Below are positions 37,082-49,083 of a stretch of 64,000 nt of DNA, one piece after another. Numbering within the stretch: the first letter of the stretch is position 1; every line of letters starts with the position of its first letter. The notes under the pieces are model-generated. The model was not told the origin of the DNA, ran no database searches, and worked only from the letters and a program-made list of their open reading frames with translations. This stretch comes from Chitinophagaceae bacterium (GTDB taxonomy: Bacteria > Bacteroidota > Bacteroidia > Chitinophagales > Chitinophagaceae): positions 7,093 through 71,092 of the forward strand of contig JBAOIC010000023.1 in assembly GCA_037045515.1 (NCBI GenBank). The letters are read 5' to 3'. A program made the position numbers and the translations under genes.

Positions 37082-39702
37082 TTACTTAGTTGTTTGTTTT
37101 TCTTCAATACCAGCAATTGCTTGTACTCTTTTTTCTTTATACTCATTATCTGTCAATAGCTTTTGTACATTGGTTAAAGAAGCAATGTAAATGCTTCTTC
37201 CATGTGTGCCAACTACCAATTCATTTTCTCTTGGTTGAATTACCAAATCGTGTACAGGAACGCTTTTGGGCATTGCATTGTTCCATTGCATAGAAGTATT
37301 GCCAGCATCAATTGTAACATACAGTCCTCCATCTGTTCCTACATACAATATATTTTCTTGTTGATAATCTTCTATCAATACATTCACAGGTTCCATTGGT
37401 AAATCTTTACAAATTTGTTTAAAGCTTTTTCCAAAATCTTCACTTACAAAAACATAACTATTAAAATGATCGTTTCTGTAGCCATTCAATGTTACAAAAA
37501 CTCTTCCTTCTTTAAACCTACTTGCTACAACTCTGCTAACATACAAACCTCTAAGATGTTTAGGCAAGTTTTTGGTAATGTTGGAAAAATTATAACCTCC
37601 ATCTTTGGTAATATGTACATTCCCATCATCTGTACCTACATAAACCAATCCAAACTTTAATGCACTTTCTGTGATAGTGGTTAAGCTACCAAAAGGCACA
37701 TCGCCTTGTGTTGGATTTGTAGTTAAATCATCGCTCAAGCGTTTCCATTTTTGCACCCTTACGTAATGAACGATGAAACTTATTGCTTCCAAAATACAAT
37801 ACATCTTGATTGTGGCGACTTAATAACTATTGGACTGATTGCCAATTGTACCTTAACTGTGGTTCGCCTAAATCATGTTATGAGGATGAATGCGTAAGGT
37901 GGTTTGAGTGTCTTCGTCGCCTTCAACAGTATTGGCTTCTGAAGTTTTACTTTCTGGCGTACCAACTCTTACAGTTCTGGCTGTATTTGTTCTCATATAA
38001 TTACCAAATTGATAGCCTGTATATACAGTTTTATTGTCTCTCCAATCTACTTGTACTTGCATTCCATCGCCACCATTAATGGCTGTATAAGGGTTATGAC
38101 CACTATCGTACCAATCGTAATTTATTTTAGTTTTGCTGCTACCAAACCAAGTACCATTGTCTTGTAAACCACCATATACATTGTACGGTTTTGCCATGTC
38201 TACAGTTACTGCATAAAACTGCCCAACTGCTGGTGTGTTTGCTTTAAACCAATGTACACCATCATCGTAAGTTATGTTACAACCTCCATCGTTCCCATTA
38301 ATTAAATGACTGTCTCTTTTTGGATTTATCCAAACATAATGATGATCGGCATGAACATTTTCTTTATCAATTTTTTTAAATGTTTTACCGCCATCGGTGC
38401 TCAACTGTAAATCTATTCCTGTAATAATTACTTTATTATCGTTGGCTGCACTCACAAATATTTTTCCAAAATAATATCCATAAGTATTGAACAAACGCAA
38501 TGGCTTTGTGTTGGTTTTCGTCCATGACGTACCTCCATCATCACTTCTATATACTTCACAACCAATAATAGGTGTTTCAAACAATGAAGTATTGGCATCA
38601 AATAAATAATCCCAAATACAAGTTGGCTGAAGTTGATTGTTGGCAACCATTTCTTTCACTTTTATGTGCTGAATATTTTTCAGGAATTCTATTTTTTTTG
38701 AAGAAAGTATCCAACCTTATTATTGTCTAATGTTGCAAAAGTTTCTTTGGTTAAATCTTTAAAATCTTTCAACACATATTTTGTAGAATCTAACTTTTTA
38801 ATGGCTGTGTCTGGCATTCTATTCTGATTGTCAACAACAGCATAAATGGTATTAGATTTTGATGCAGCAACAGCCAATCCAATTCGCCCAATACCTGCAC
38901 CAGTAGGAAAGCCAGATGCTGCATTGGTTAATAATTTCCAATTATTGCCACCATCTGTACTTTTATAAATATTGCTGGTTGCTCCACCTTCTTCAAAGTT
39001 CCAAGAACGTCTTGTTCTATACCAACTTGCAGCATACAATTCGTTGGTATTTGTAGGGTTCATTTCAATATCAATGGCTCCAGTATTGTCATCTATAAAA
39101 AGTGTGTGTTGCCAACTCAATCCACCATCTGTAGTTTTATAAACACCTCTTTCTTTATTGGCTGAATACAAATGCCCCATTGCAGCAACCCAAGCAATAT
39201 TGTCATCTGTTGGATGCAATTGTATTTTACCTATGTGGTGACTTTCTGGCAAGCCGACGTAAGTCCAATGTTTGCCATTGTCTGTTGATTTGTATATACC
39301 AACTCCTGCATAAGTAGAACGGCTACTATTTACTTCTCCTGTGCCCACCCAAATAGTTCTAGTTTTCCAATTAACTGCAATATCTCCAATACCAATAACA
39401 TCTGTACTATCGAAAATGGAGGTAAAACTTTGACCATTGTTGGTTGTATGCCATAAACCGCCAGTAGCATAAGCCACATAAAATTCTGTTGGATCAATTT
39501 CATTCACTTCAATATCTACTACTCTTCCACTCATTACAGTTGGGCCAATATTTCTAAAAGGAATATGATTGACCAAACTATTCTTTTGTAACTGTTTTCT
39601 TATAAACTCATTCTTTAGTCTATCTGCACCAGTAGTTGGTTTTGGCTGTGCAAAAAGTATTGTAGTACACAATAAAGTAAATACAAATGCAATCGATTTC
39701 AT
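37082..39702 (-). pseudogene. BNR/Asp-box repeat, sortilin (VPS10)-like beta-propeller protein, disrupted at two sites
   Basis: Three collinear ORFs (38689..39702, 37868..38659, 37082..37804) carry repeated S-x-D-x-G-x-x-W boxes (STDNGKHW, TTDGGLSW, STDGGNNW, SDDGGTSW, STDGGKTF, TKDGG). An A8 run at 38692-38699 causes the first break. The 37805-37900 region carries at least 2 shifts plus an in-frame TAG (DLGEPQLRYNWQSVQ*LLSRHNQDVLYFGSNKF). Confidence 0.75.
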
Positions 39703-39858
39703 GTTGAATAAATTAATGGTAAAAAAACTTATAAAGTTTATTGATGTATTAAAAATATGTTGAATAAAATTCATTACTTCAACTGTAAAAACATAAATAT
39801 TTTATTATTTCGTTCACAAACTTTAAGTTTAAATTTGAAAAACTAAAATAGTAGAAAT

Positions 39859-40524
39859 ATGCGACTGTTACTGATTTTTATGATAATTGTTTTTGCAGTA
39901 AATGTAAATGCACAATGTAAAACATTTAAACTCACATCTTCAGGAGATACACTCAACTGCATAGATCAAAACGATCAAAAAAGAGGCAAGTGGGTGTTGC
40001 ATGTAGATGCTTTAAGAGGCAATCCTGGCTACGATGAAGAAGGTGAATTTGCTGACAATAGAAAAGAAGGCATTTGGCGTAGATTTAGTAGCATGGGCGA
40101 TTTAGTTGCTGTACAAAATTACAGATGGGGCAATTTAGATGGCACATCTCAATATTATGGTATTGCAGGAATTGAAAGAGAAGAAAACTGGAGAGCAATG
40201 AATCCTGCCAATGCTTTTGATACAGTAATGGCACAAGATTTAGACGATGAAAATAAATACGTACAAGTAATTATACCAAACGATGGCAGAAGTTTGAAGC
40301 ATGGAATTTGGACTTGGTATAGACCTGGAAGTACAGGCATTATAAAAACAGAAACGTATTTTTTAAACAAAATTCAGTATCCAAAAGAAAATAAAGAAAC
40401 TACTGAAACTACAGTAAAAAAGGAAGAACCTAAAAAGGAGAAACCTAAACAAGTATTGGAATTTGAGAAAAAGAACAGTGGCAAAAAATCTACTAAACAA
40501 CGAGATGGCAAAACAGGAGGATAA
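39859..40524 (+). CDS. secreted MORN-variant-repeat-like protein with a Lys/Glu-rich tail
   Basis: 221 aa. Signal peptide, KRGKWVLH...NRKEGIWRRFSSMGDLVAVQNYRWGNLDG. Confidence 0.5.
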   Translation: MRLLLIFMIIVFAVNVNAQCKTFKLTSSGDTLNCIDQNDQKRGKWVLHVDALRGNPGYDEEGEFADNRKEGIWRRFSSMGDLVAVQNYRWGNLDGTSQYYGIAGIEREENWRAMNPANAFDTVMAQDLDDENKYVQVIIPNDGRSLKHGIWTWYRPGSTGIIKTETYFLNKIQYPKENKETTETTVKKEEPKKEKPKQVLEFEKKNSGKKSTKQRDGKTGG

Positions 40525-40704
40525 ATATTGAATGCCTGATAAGGGCATAGAACTGTTGAAACGGGGCATTCTACTTTAATTTTCTGTGCAATATTTGTGG
40601 AACAATATCCAAATAGAAAAACCAAGAAGTCTAATATCCAAACAACAACAAAACGTAGATCTAGTACCCTCCGTAAATCAAAAAAAAGACTTCCCAAAAA
40701 ATTC

Positions 40705-40731
40705 ATCCCACTTTTTAGTGGGATTTTTTTT
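40705..40731 (+). terminator. rho-independent terminator
   Basis: ATCCCAC-TTTTTA-GTGGGAT followed by T8. It sits about 180 nt after the preceding stop codon. Confidence 0.7.
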
Positions 40732-40814
40732 GCTTATCTACTAATAGCTATTTAGATTGTATTTGAATTTTATTGCCTGTATAATTTAATTGAATGATTA
40801 GTTCATTGGTGTTT

Positions 40815-43163
40815 TTATTTACACTCCATTTGAGTTTTATCCAATACAATATTGTTCAATAATAATTCTGTAGGCAATTGCTTTAAGCCATAGAGAACAA
40901 TGGAAAAATGATTGGCAGTTTTTGCATTGTTTTTAATTTGATTGCTTGAGCTAACAATTATTTCGAACCCCATTTCTTTTTCATTGATGGAACAATTGAT
41001 GAAATTGGCAACTGCATTTTTTGTAATACCATCATCGTTAAATAAATTAAACGATTGCTTACCATTTGTATTGGTAGCATAATACTGCCATTGAATTTGA
41101 TTGGTTGAATATTTTGCAGTATTTGCTCCTGCAGGTTGTAACCAAGTAGGAATAATGCTTCCTGCTTTTACATACAACAATTGATTGCCAATGGAAGCTG
41201 TATCGGTTATAATTCCTTGCTGATAAGTGGTTGAACTTTTGTACTTATAATACACATTGTTGGCTTCTGGTAAATACACACTTCTGCTTGTACTTCCTTT
41301 TTGTAAAATGGGAGCTACAACAATATTTTCGCCCCAATAAAATTGATCTGTTATAGAAGTTGCAAAAGAATCTTTTGGGTTTAAATAATACATTGGCATA
41401 ATTAAAGGCTTACCATATTTACTTTGTAAGTATGCAAGATTGTAATTGTAGGGCAACAGTTCGTACCTTAAATCGATTGCTTTTTTTGCATACGATTGAT
41501 AAGGCTCTTCAATTAATGCAGCTTCACTTGGAAAGCTAAACGCATTTTTATCTACTTCGTACAAAGCTGTTCCATGTGGTCTAAAAATAGGAGTAAATGC
41601 AGCCATTTGCAACCAACGAACATACAATTCATTGTCTCCATTTCCACCTGCAAAACCTCCTGCATCACTGTGTACATAAGGCACACCACTCATGCTCATA
41701 CCCAATATAATTGGCAATTGTGCATTTAAACCACCCCAACTTCTACTAACATCTCCTGTCCATGGAAAAATATTGTATCGTTGGCTTCCTGCAAAACCAC
41801 TTCTATTTAAACTAAACAATCTTTTTGTAGGATAATTTTTTGCGTATTGATTGTACAACATTTTGGTCCAAGTATGGCCATATAAATTATGTACTTCATC
41901 GGCCTTAAACAATCTTTTAAAACCAAGATCTTTTAAGTTGTGCAACAAATCTGCTGGGTGTTTTTCAGGTTCACCTAAATCGCCCCACCAAGCTTCTACA
42001 CCTCTTTTCATTTGTGCTTCATGCTTACTCCAAAACCATTGTTGTGCATCTTTTCTAAAAATATCTACAATGCCTCCAGCACCAAAATAAAAATCTTTTA
42101 ACACATAAGGTTTACCTGCACTATCTACTGCATGAAACTGTTTTGAATTTTCATAATTCAAAGATGATTTCAAAACAAAAGGTTCAGTAATTAAAACAGT
42201 TTGTATATCTTCTTTCTTAAAATCTTGTATCATTTTAGTTGGGTTAGGCCAAGCTTTTTTATTTACCCAATCTAAGTTGCCCATAGTACTTTTTATACTA
42301 TCGCCAAACCAAAACAAATCAAAAATAATTGCATCAACAGGTATTTGTGCTGCTTTCATTTTAGCAGCAATGCTTGTTACTTGTGCTTCACTTGTATAAC
42401 CAAATCTACTCATTAAATTTCCCATTGCCCATCTTGGTGGCAATGGTTGATTGCCTGTTAATTTGTGGTACGACAATAAAATTTCTTCGTAGGTTTTACC
42501 CAATATTATATACACATTTAATTGGCCACTTGAAAAGCCCACTTCAAACATTGAGGTATTTGTTTTTCCTATATCTACATATCCTTTAGAGGGATTATCG
42601 AAAAACAAACCATATCCATTACTCGATGTAAAAAATGGAACAGAATAATTTAAATTGTCTGCTCCTTCGCTATAACCATACCAAGGATTGTTGTATAAAT
42701 TAAATTTATAGCCTCTTCTATTTAATGGCAATGCCCTTTCTCCTCCACCAAAAATTTTTTCTTCTTCGCCTAACTTAAATTCAAATCCTTTAAAATTTTT
42801 ATTGGCAAATGCAGCTTTTAAAGCAACAGTTTTTTTGGGTCCAAAATAAAGTGTATCATCATTTACTTCTACTGCAAAATCTTTCCATTGAATAGAACGA
42901 TTAAAGCTGTTGTTTGAATACCATTGTTTTACCATTGTGTTTAATGGTTTTAGTAGTACAGCATCGCTAATATTTTCGTTGGTGGTATATGCTTTAGGTG
43001 TATAAACAACTTTTACAATATTGGGTGCATATTGTGTTAAGCTCCAACTTGCATCTTTGGTTGAAAAGCTTATTGCACCTGTATTTGATGCCAATTGTAC
43101 ATCTTGTGCAAATAGAAATTGTACTGCAAAAAAAATGTACAATATGCTGAGTATTTTCTTCAT
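40815..43163 (-). CDS. glycoside hydrolase family 31 (alpha-glucosidase/alpha-xylosidase type)
   Basis: 782 aa. Signal peptide, DAIIFDLFWFGD, AWWGDLGEPE, HNLYGH, HSDAGGFAGG. Confidence 0.85.
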   Translation of the reverse strand: MKKILSILYIFFAVQFLFAQDVQLASNTGAISFSTKDASWSLTQYAPNIVKVVYTPKAYTTNENISDAVLLKPLNTMVKQWYSNNSFNRSIQWKDFAVEVNDDTLYFGPKKTVALKAAFANKNFKGFEFKLGEEEKIFGGGERALPLNRRGYKFNLYNNPWYGYSEGADNLNYSVPFFTSSNGYGLFFDNPSKGYVDIGKTNTSMFEVGFSSGQLNVYIILGKTYEEILLSYHKLTGNQPLPPRWAMGNLMSRFGYTSEAQVTSIAAKMKAAQIPVDAIIFDLFWFGDSIKSTMGNLDWVNKKAWPNPTKMIQDFKKEDIQTVLITEPFVLKSSLNYENSKQFHAVDSAGKPYVLKDFYFGAGGIVDIFRKDAQQWFWSKHEAQMKRGVEAWWGDLGEPEKHPADLLHNLKDLGFKRLFKADEVHNLYGHTWTKMLYNQYAKNYPTKRLFSLNRSGFAGSQRYNIFPWTGDVSRSWGGLNAQLPIILGMSMSGVPYVHSDAGGFAGGNGDNELYVRWLQMAAFTPIFRPHGTALYEVDKNAFSFPSEAALIEEPYQSYAKKAIDLRYELLPYNYNLAYLQSKYGKPLIMPMYYLNPKDSFATSITDQFYWGENIVVAPILQKGSTSRSVYLPEANNVYYKYKSSTTYQQGIITDTASIGNQLLYVKAGSIIPTWLQPAGANTAKYSTNQIQWQYYATNTNGKQSFNLFNDDGITKNAVANFINCSINEKEMGFEIIVSSSNQIKNNAKTANHFSIVLYGLKQLPTELLLNNIVLDKTQMECK

Positions 43164-43224
43164 ATTATGTAAGCTTTATTAAAGCTATGAAGATAATGAT
43201 TTAGTAGAATTTTATTTGTAAGTG

Positions 43225-43260
43225 CATAAAAAAGCCTTCATCTTTTAAAATGAAGGCTTT
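43225..43260 (-). terminator. rho-independent terminator
   Basis: AAAGCCTTCA-(10 nt)-TGAAGGCTTT with an A/T run on the minus-strand 3' side. Confidence 0.7.
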
Positions 43261-43278
43261 GTAAATTTTATCGAAAAA

Positions 43279-44079
43279 TTATTGTACCAAATACCATTTT
43301 GCTTCAATTGGTTTGTTTAGTATAAAAGAAGTATTTTCTACAACTAAAGTCATTGGTCCTAATTGAATGCTTTGTTTTGTAGGAAAAGGAATTCCGTCGA
43401 ACAACTTATATTTTTCATAATCAATATCAATTTTTCTATCACCCATTCTATTGCCACCCATTCCTCTCATCATACCACTCATGCCCATCATTTCCATAGC
43501 AATTGGTGCTGCAACTTGTACCCTTTTAATTTGTCCATTGCCTTCCGAAATATAATACATCATTTCTTGGCCAGTTTTTAAAGTTAGTTTCACTTTATCG
43601 CAACTAACATTGTTTATTTTGTCTTTGCCTGCTAAAACAGCTGTTGAACCTTTGGTTTCATAATCTACCAATTGTGCAAAATAACCTTCACAATCTTTTT
43701 GATAACTCATTTTGTTCATTTCTTCACTAGTAAGTTTAGTTAAGCTAGCTTCCATACTTCCCATTGGACTATTGATTGCAGGAGAATATGTATAACCAGC
43801 AGTATCGGTAACTAATGTAAAGCTTGATCCTTCACTCATTGAGCTTGAGCTTTGAATACGAAAAAGTTTTTTATGCTCTTTAATATTGGTAATGTTTACA
43901 GTAAGACCCATTTGTTCTAAGTTCAAAACACTTTCAACCTGTAAACTTGTTATGCTAGTTAATTTTTCTTTTCCTCCATTGCCGTCAATAAATCTACCAA
44001 TCACCTCTTCAACTGTTTGTGCCATACTGATTGTAGCAATCAATATAGAAAAAATAAACAGCGGTAACTTTTTCATCAT
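43279..44079 (-). CDS. hypothetical secreted protein (possibly a LolA-fold lipoprotein-sorting-like protein)
   Basis: 266 aa, signal peptide, Met/Gly-rich loop MEMMGMSGMMRGMGGNRMG. Confidence 0.45.
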   Translation of the reverse strand: MMKKLPLFIFSILIATISMAQTVEEVIGRFIDGNGGKEKLTSITSLQVESVLNLEQMGLTVNITNIKEHKKLFRIQSSSSMSEGSSFTLVTDTAGYTYSPAINSPMGSMEASLTKLTSEEMNKMSYQKDCEGYFAQLVDYETKGSTAVLAGKDKINNVSCDKVKLTLKTGQEMMYYISEGNGQIKRVQVAAPIAMEMMGMSGMMRGMGGNRMGDRKIDIDYEKYKLFDGIPFPTKQSIQLGPMTLVVENTSFILNKPIEAKWYLVQ

Positions 44080-44154
44080 AATTTTATATTTATATTCAAA
44101 TATATATTAAGGAAACAATCCAAATTTTTAATCCTTCAATTTTAATAAAATATT

Positions 44155-45834
44155 ATGGAACAACATGCATATTCAATTTCAGGAAATATTGTAGATGTAG
44201 TGCATCAACAAATTTTTGTTGGAAAGGTTGTTGTAGAAAATGGAAAAATCACAAGCATTGTTCATACACCCAACGAGCAAGCAACACAATATATTTTACC
44301 AGGTTTTATTGATAGCCATGTGCATGTAGAAAGTAGTATGCTTGTGCCAAGCGAATTTGCACGTTTGGCTGTTGTACATGGAACAGTTGCAACCATTAGC
44401 GACCCTCATGAAATTGCCAATGTTTGTGGAATGAAAGGTGTTGAGTTTATGATTGACAATGGGAAAAAAGTAAATTTTAAATTTAATTTTGGAGCTCCAA
44501 GCTGTGTGCCAGCTACTACATTTGAAACTGCAGGAGCTGTATTAAATAGTGATGATGTTAGATCTCTTTTAGAAAGAGAAGAAGTAATTTATTTGAGTGA
44601 AATGATGAACTTTCCAGGAGTATTGTTTAAGGATGAAGAAGTAATGAAAAAGTTAGAAGCTGCATGGCAATTGGGAAAACCTGTTGATGGCCATGCACCA
44701 GGATTGAGAGGTGATAAAGCCAAACAATACATTGAAGCAGGTTTGGGTGAAGGCAAAATTGGCATTAGTACCGACCATGAATGTTTTACAAAAGAAGAAG
44801 CATTGGATAAGTTGAAATATGGAATGAAAATTATTATTCGTGAAGGAAGTGCTGCTAAAAATTTTGAAGCATTGATTGATTTATTGAATGATTATGCAGA
44901 TAGCATTATGTTTTGTAGTGATGATAAACATCCAGATAGTTTAGCTGTTGGTCATATCAATCAACTTTGTGCAAGGGCAGTTGCAAAAGGCATTGATATT
45001 TTTAAAGTATTAAAAGCTGCTTGTTTAAACCCTGTTGTACATTATCAAATGAAAGTTGGCTTATTGCAAAATGGTGATTCCGCAGATTTTATTGTTGTTG
45101 AAGATTTAAAAAAGTTTAATATTCTTCAAACATATATTAATGGAATATTGGTAGCAGAAAAAGGAAAGTCATTTATACAATCTGTTGCTGTTGCACCTAT
45201 TAATCAATTTAATTGTGATGAAATAAAACAAGATCAATTACAAATTAATGTAAATGAATATTTAAATGTGAATGGAAATATTCCTGTAATTGAAGCTTTA
45301 GATGGACAATTAATTACCAATAGATTAATGTTGCCAGGCAAAATAATTGATCATAAATTGGTGAGTAATGTTGAACAAGATATGTTGAAAATGGTGGTGG
45401 TAAACCGATACAACAATGCACCCATTGCAAAATGTTTCATTAAAAACTTTGGATTAAAACATGGAGCAATGGCATCATCTGTTGCACACGATAGTCATAA
45501 CATTGTTGCTGTTGGTTGCGATGATGAAAGTTTAACCAAAGCCATTAACTTGGTAATAAAAGAAAAGGGTGGCGTAAGTGCTGTGGCCACAACTGGCTCT
45601 AAGAAAGAAATGGTATTGGGCTTACCAATTGCTGGTTTAATGAGTGCCAATGATGGATACGAAATTGCCAATGCTTATACAGCAATTGACAAAATGACTA
45701 AAGACGATTTAGGCAGCACGTTAATTGCACCTTTTATGACTTTGAGCTTTATGGCTTTACTGGTAATTCCCTATTTAAAATTGAGTGACAAAGGATTGTT
45801 TGATGGAGAAAAATTTGAGTTTGTAATGAAATAG
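44155..45834 (+). CDS. ade: adenine deaminase
   Basis: 559 aa. [21 protein letters not shown], amidohydrolase fold plus the adenine-deaminase C-terminal domain. Confidence 0.85.
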   Translation: MEQHAYSISGNIVDVVHQQIFVGKVVVENGKITSIVHTPNEQATQYILPGFIDSHVHVESSMLVPSEFARLAVVHGTVATISDPHEIANVCGMKGVEFMIDNGKKVNFKFNFGAPSCVPATTFETAGAVLNSDDVRSLLEREEVIYLSEMMNFPGVLFKDEEVMKKLEAAWQLGKPVDGHAPGLRGDKAKQYIEAGLGEGKIGISTDHECFTKEEALDKLKYGMKIIIREGSAAKNFEALIDLLNDYADSIMFCSDDKHPDSLAVGHINQLCARAVAKGIDIFKVLKAACLNPVVHYQMKVGLLQNGDSADFIVVEDLKKFNILQTYINGILVAEKGKSFIQSVAVAPINQFNCDEIKQDQLQINVNEYLNVNGNIPVIEALDGQLITNRLMLPGKIIDHKLVSNVEQDMLKMVVVNRYNNAPIAKCFIKNFGLKHGAMASSVAHDSHNIVAVGCDDESLTKAINLVIKEKGGVSAVATTGSKKEMVLGLPIAGLMSANDGYEIANAYTAIDKMTKDDLGSTLIAPFMTLSFMALLVIPYLKLSDKGLFDGEKFEFVMK

Positions 45835-45872
45835 AAAAATTTATTTATATTTAAACTCAACTCTAACGAGAT

Positions 45873-46653
45873 ATGAAATTTGCCTCACTAAAATCTGAAA
45901 TTAAAATAACCTTCATCATTTTTGTGGTGGGCATTTCTTGGATTATATTTTCTGGTAAATTATTGTATGTTTTATTTGGAGATATTCCCAATCAAGAATT
46001 TCATTATGCAGAAATGTATAAGGGCATTTTCTTTATTACGGTAATGTCGATCTCCCTGTTTCTTTTACTTCAAAAACACAATAAAAAACTAAACGAAAGT
46101 TTAAATAGCTACTTAAGTTTGTTTAGACACAATCCTACTTCTATGTGGATTTATGATACTGAAACACTTCAGTTTTTAGCAGTCAATAAATCTGCAGTAT
46201 CAAAATATGGTTATAGCAGAGAAGAATTCTTGTCGATGAAAGTTGATAAAATTGTTATTGCCACAGAAGTAGAAAGTAATACAGAATCTGGCATTATAAA
46301 TCACAACATATTTTCAGATTCTGGTATTTGTAAATTAATTAAGAAAGATGGCTCTGAAATGTACGTAAGGCAATATTCTCACAGTTTAACTTTTAAAAAT
46401 CGTACTTGCCAGTTCACACTAACAGAAGATTTAACGAATGTCATCTCTAAAGAAATTAAGCTGCGAAATATTGCACACAAAAACTCTCATCAACTTAGAA
46501 AACCTGTAGCCAATATAATAGGCCTAATTTCCTTGTTCGATACAAAAAGTTTTACTGAAGAAAATAAAGAAATTGTTAGTTTATTAGAAAAATCTACACA
46601 TAGAATTAGATCAAGTAATTAAAAGTATTGCAGAAGAATCTGTTGATAGTTAA
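45873..46653 (+). CDS. membrane-anchored PAS domain protein with a HisKA-like H-box and no ATPase domain; single 1-nt insertion near the 3' end
   Basis: Two N-terminal TM segments and a PAS region (NPTSMWIYDTETLQFLAVNKSAVSKYGYSREEFL). The H-box is KNSHQLRKPVANIIGL. Dropping the A near 46602 gives ...LEKSTHELDQVIKSIAEESVDS* ending at 46653. Confidence 0.7.
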
Positions 46654-46659
46654 AAGCAA

Positions 46660-47085
46660 CTACTGCTTTACTTCTCCTGTTGCTTTTAGTACCTGCACTG
46701 CAACACTATCGGTACCTTTTGGTGCAAAATATTTAGTTTTAAATTTTACTTTTTCTCCAGGAGGAATTGTTTCATAAATGGTTTCCATTCCCTCATCTAA
46801 CTTAACACCAGTTTTACTGTAAAAGCTCAATTTTACTTCAACATCTTTATAGGTACAAACGGTTGCTTTATTGAATAAATGCCCAATAACTACTGTTTGC
46901 CCAATAATATTTTTTCTATCTTTATTGTCAACAATTAAAAACCTGGCGGGGTTGTTTTTTTCTTTATCAGCCAAGCTTTCTTTGCTTTTTTCATAGGTTT
47001 CTTCATCAAACTTTTTCTCTTTTTTGGTTTCTTTACAAGCAAAACAAAAAAAGCTAATTATTAGTGCAGTAAACAATGTTTTCAT
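46660..47085 (-). CDS. hypothetical lipoprotein
   Basis: 141 aa. Lipobox-like FFCFAC. Confidence 0.55.
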   Translation of the reverse strand: MKTLFTALIISFFCFACKETKKEKKFDEETYEKSKESLADKEKNNPARFLIVDNKDRKNIIGQTVVIGHLFNKATVCTYKDVEVKLSFYSKTGVKLDEGMETIYETIPPGEKVKFKTKYFAPKGTDSVAVQVLKATGEVKQ

Positions 47086-47222
47086 TCAAAAAATTTATTG
47101 CTCTAAGAAACAAAAAAAATTGATTGCTATTGCAAAAAACTTATTCCCATTTTTACAAAAACAAACAGCATACAAAGTATTTACTTTATATGCTGTTGTA
47201 ACAACTGAACTATAAAAAAAAT

Positions 47223-48911
47223 TTATCGCAGGTTTACAATCTTTTTATCTTTTGCATATTTAACGCTATAAGTAAATCTGTATTTTTTTTGTTCGCCAGG
47301 TTGCAAACTAATTTTCCAGTTTACCGATGCCAATTCTTCATTTACTTCGGCGTTGCCATTGTCGTCTAATGTTACTTCTATTTCTTTTGTTTTACTAATA
47401 GGAAACTGATCTTTCAATATCATATTTACAGCTTCTTTTTTATTGTTCTTAACAGTAATTTCATACGTAAAGGTTTCAATTTTATTGCTTCCTATAAATC
47501 TGGTTTTACTATTTTCTTTTATCAATAAACGCTTTATTGCAACTCTTCTATCTCTACCTAAAGAAAGATTTAAAGTATCCATTGTTGTGTTTGGATCTAT
47601 AAAAGATTTTCCTAAAAACACATTGTCCATAATAATATTTGCTTCTCCTGGCAATAAATCTAAGCTTTCCCAATTGCTAATTTCAGCCAATAAAAAAGCA
47701 TCTTTATCTAATTTAGGAATACCGTAATGTTTGTAGGTTGCATTAATTTTTTCATCTTTAATTGTAACACTATAACCTGTTCCATCGCTAGGAATATCGT
47801 AAGGTAAATCAATTTCAAAACTTGTAAATAGTTGGCTTTCGTTAAGTGTAGTATAACTACTAATATCGCTTGCTGTAATGCTTTTTACAGAACCTGCATA
47901 CGATTCTTTTTTTGCATCATAACCTCTTACAACAACTTCATCTACTTGCATACTTTGTGCTCTATTGTATGTATTTGCAGCAGCTACAGCTCTCCCTTTT
48001 TGCATATCTGCATAAACACCTGGAACATACAATTGTAAATTCCAAGGGTTTAGTACTGGAATGTTGGTGCCTAAATTTGGATTATTGGTGCTTAAAGTAA
48101 GTTTGGTTTGCTTCCAATCTAAACCTGTTGTTTGACTTACAGATGCTTTGTATACAAGCTTAAAAGAGTTGTCGATTGTTTTTACCCTCATATCGTATGT
48201 TGGCACCCAACCTGCTCTTTGTGTGTAATAGGATACAGCAATATCGGCAGTTGTAGCTTCTTTTGTTAGTACTTGTAAAATAAGCTGTCCAGAATATTTG
48301 GCACTGTACACTCCATCCTTTCTTTTCAAATCACTCATACGTGAGTAAATTTCACTGATTTGTTCTTGTATATCGGTTGATTTTATTTTTAGTGCATACA
48401 CAGAATTGCGATACAATTGAATTTTTCCATTATAAAATTCTATCAACTTTAATATATCGGCTGTATTAATTGTTTTTTCTGGTAATGCTGTATAGCCATC
48501 TACAATTTTTGATGTTTTGGTTAACAGTTCTTCGGTTACAGTTTGTTCTTGGGTATTGGCGGCAATTTGCTTTTGAAAAGCTTTAATACTGTCTTCCATT
48601 TTTTTATACAATGGATTTGGTGGAGGTGGTGTATTATCTACTTTAGTATTGTATTTATAACTCAACAAAACTAGATTTTCGGGACAAGCTATTTGTACTG
48701 TTTTTTGATCTAAAGTGGTGCTAATATTATTTAACACTACTTCGTATTGACCAATACCAATACTTGCTTTGCCTTTATGTAACAACTCTGCACCATAACC
48801 ATAATATACATTTGCATCGGTTAATTGAGTATTTACTTGAATGCTATTTTTTTGTTGCTGAGCAAATAAACTTGTTGAAATGAATAATAAAACAAATGTT
48901 AACTGTTGCAT
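47223..48911 (-). CDS. DUF4139/DUF4140 (mucoidy inhibitor MuiA-like) protein
   Basis: 562 aa, signal peptide, architecture and length typical of the family. The assignment is from memory of the family. Confidence 0.55.
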   Translation of the reverse strand: MQQLTFVLLFISTSLFAQQQKNSIQVNTQLTDANVYYGYGAELLHKGKASIGIGQYEVVLNNISTTLDQKTVQIACPENLVLLSYKYNTKVDNTPPPPNPLYKKMEDSIKAFQKQIAANTQEQTVTEELLTKTSKIVDGYTALPEKTINTADILKLIEFYNGKIQLYRNSVYALKIKSTDIQEQISEIYSRMSDLKRKDGVYSAKYSGQLILQVLTKEATTADIAVSYYTQRAGWVPTYDMRVKTIDNSFKLVYKASVSQTTGLDWKQTKLTLSTNNPNLGTNIPVLNPWNLQLYVPGVYADMQKGRAVAAANTYNRAQSMQVDEVVVRGYDAKKESYAGSVKSITASDISSYTTLNESQLFTSFEIDLPYDIPSDGTGYSVTIKDEKINATYKHYGIPKLDKDAFLLAEISNWESLDLLPGEANIIMDNVFLGKSFIDPNTTMDTLNLSLGRDRRVAIKRLLIKENSKTRFIGSNKIETFTYEITVKNNKKEAVNMILKDQFPISKTKEIEVTLDDNGNAEVNEELASVNWKISLQPGEQKKYRFTYSVKYAKDKKIVNLR

Positions 48912-49083
48912 AATTGAAATAATTTTATAAAAGAATACCCACTAGATGGTATTTTTTGAAGAATTACATAAAAGATGTAAAAAAAATATGGATGCTTTTA
49001 TAATTTACTTCTAAAACAGCCGTTTTAACATAATTGAACTCTATAAATCAAACTAGTATCTTTACCAAACAACTGAAAAAATC

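Noticed and set aside
40525-40735. A possible sRNA in the 180-nt stretch between the MORN-like gene stop and the terminator at 40705-40731.
   Set aside because: - I could not recognise a promoter or any conserved structure.
- It is equally well explained as a long 3' UTR of the upstream gene.
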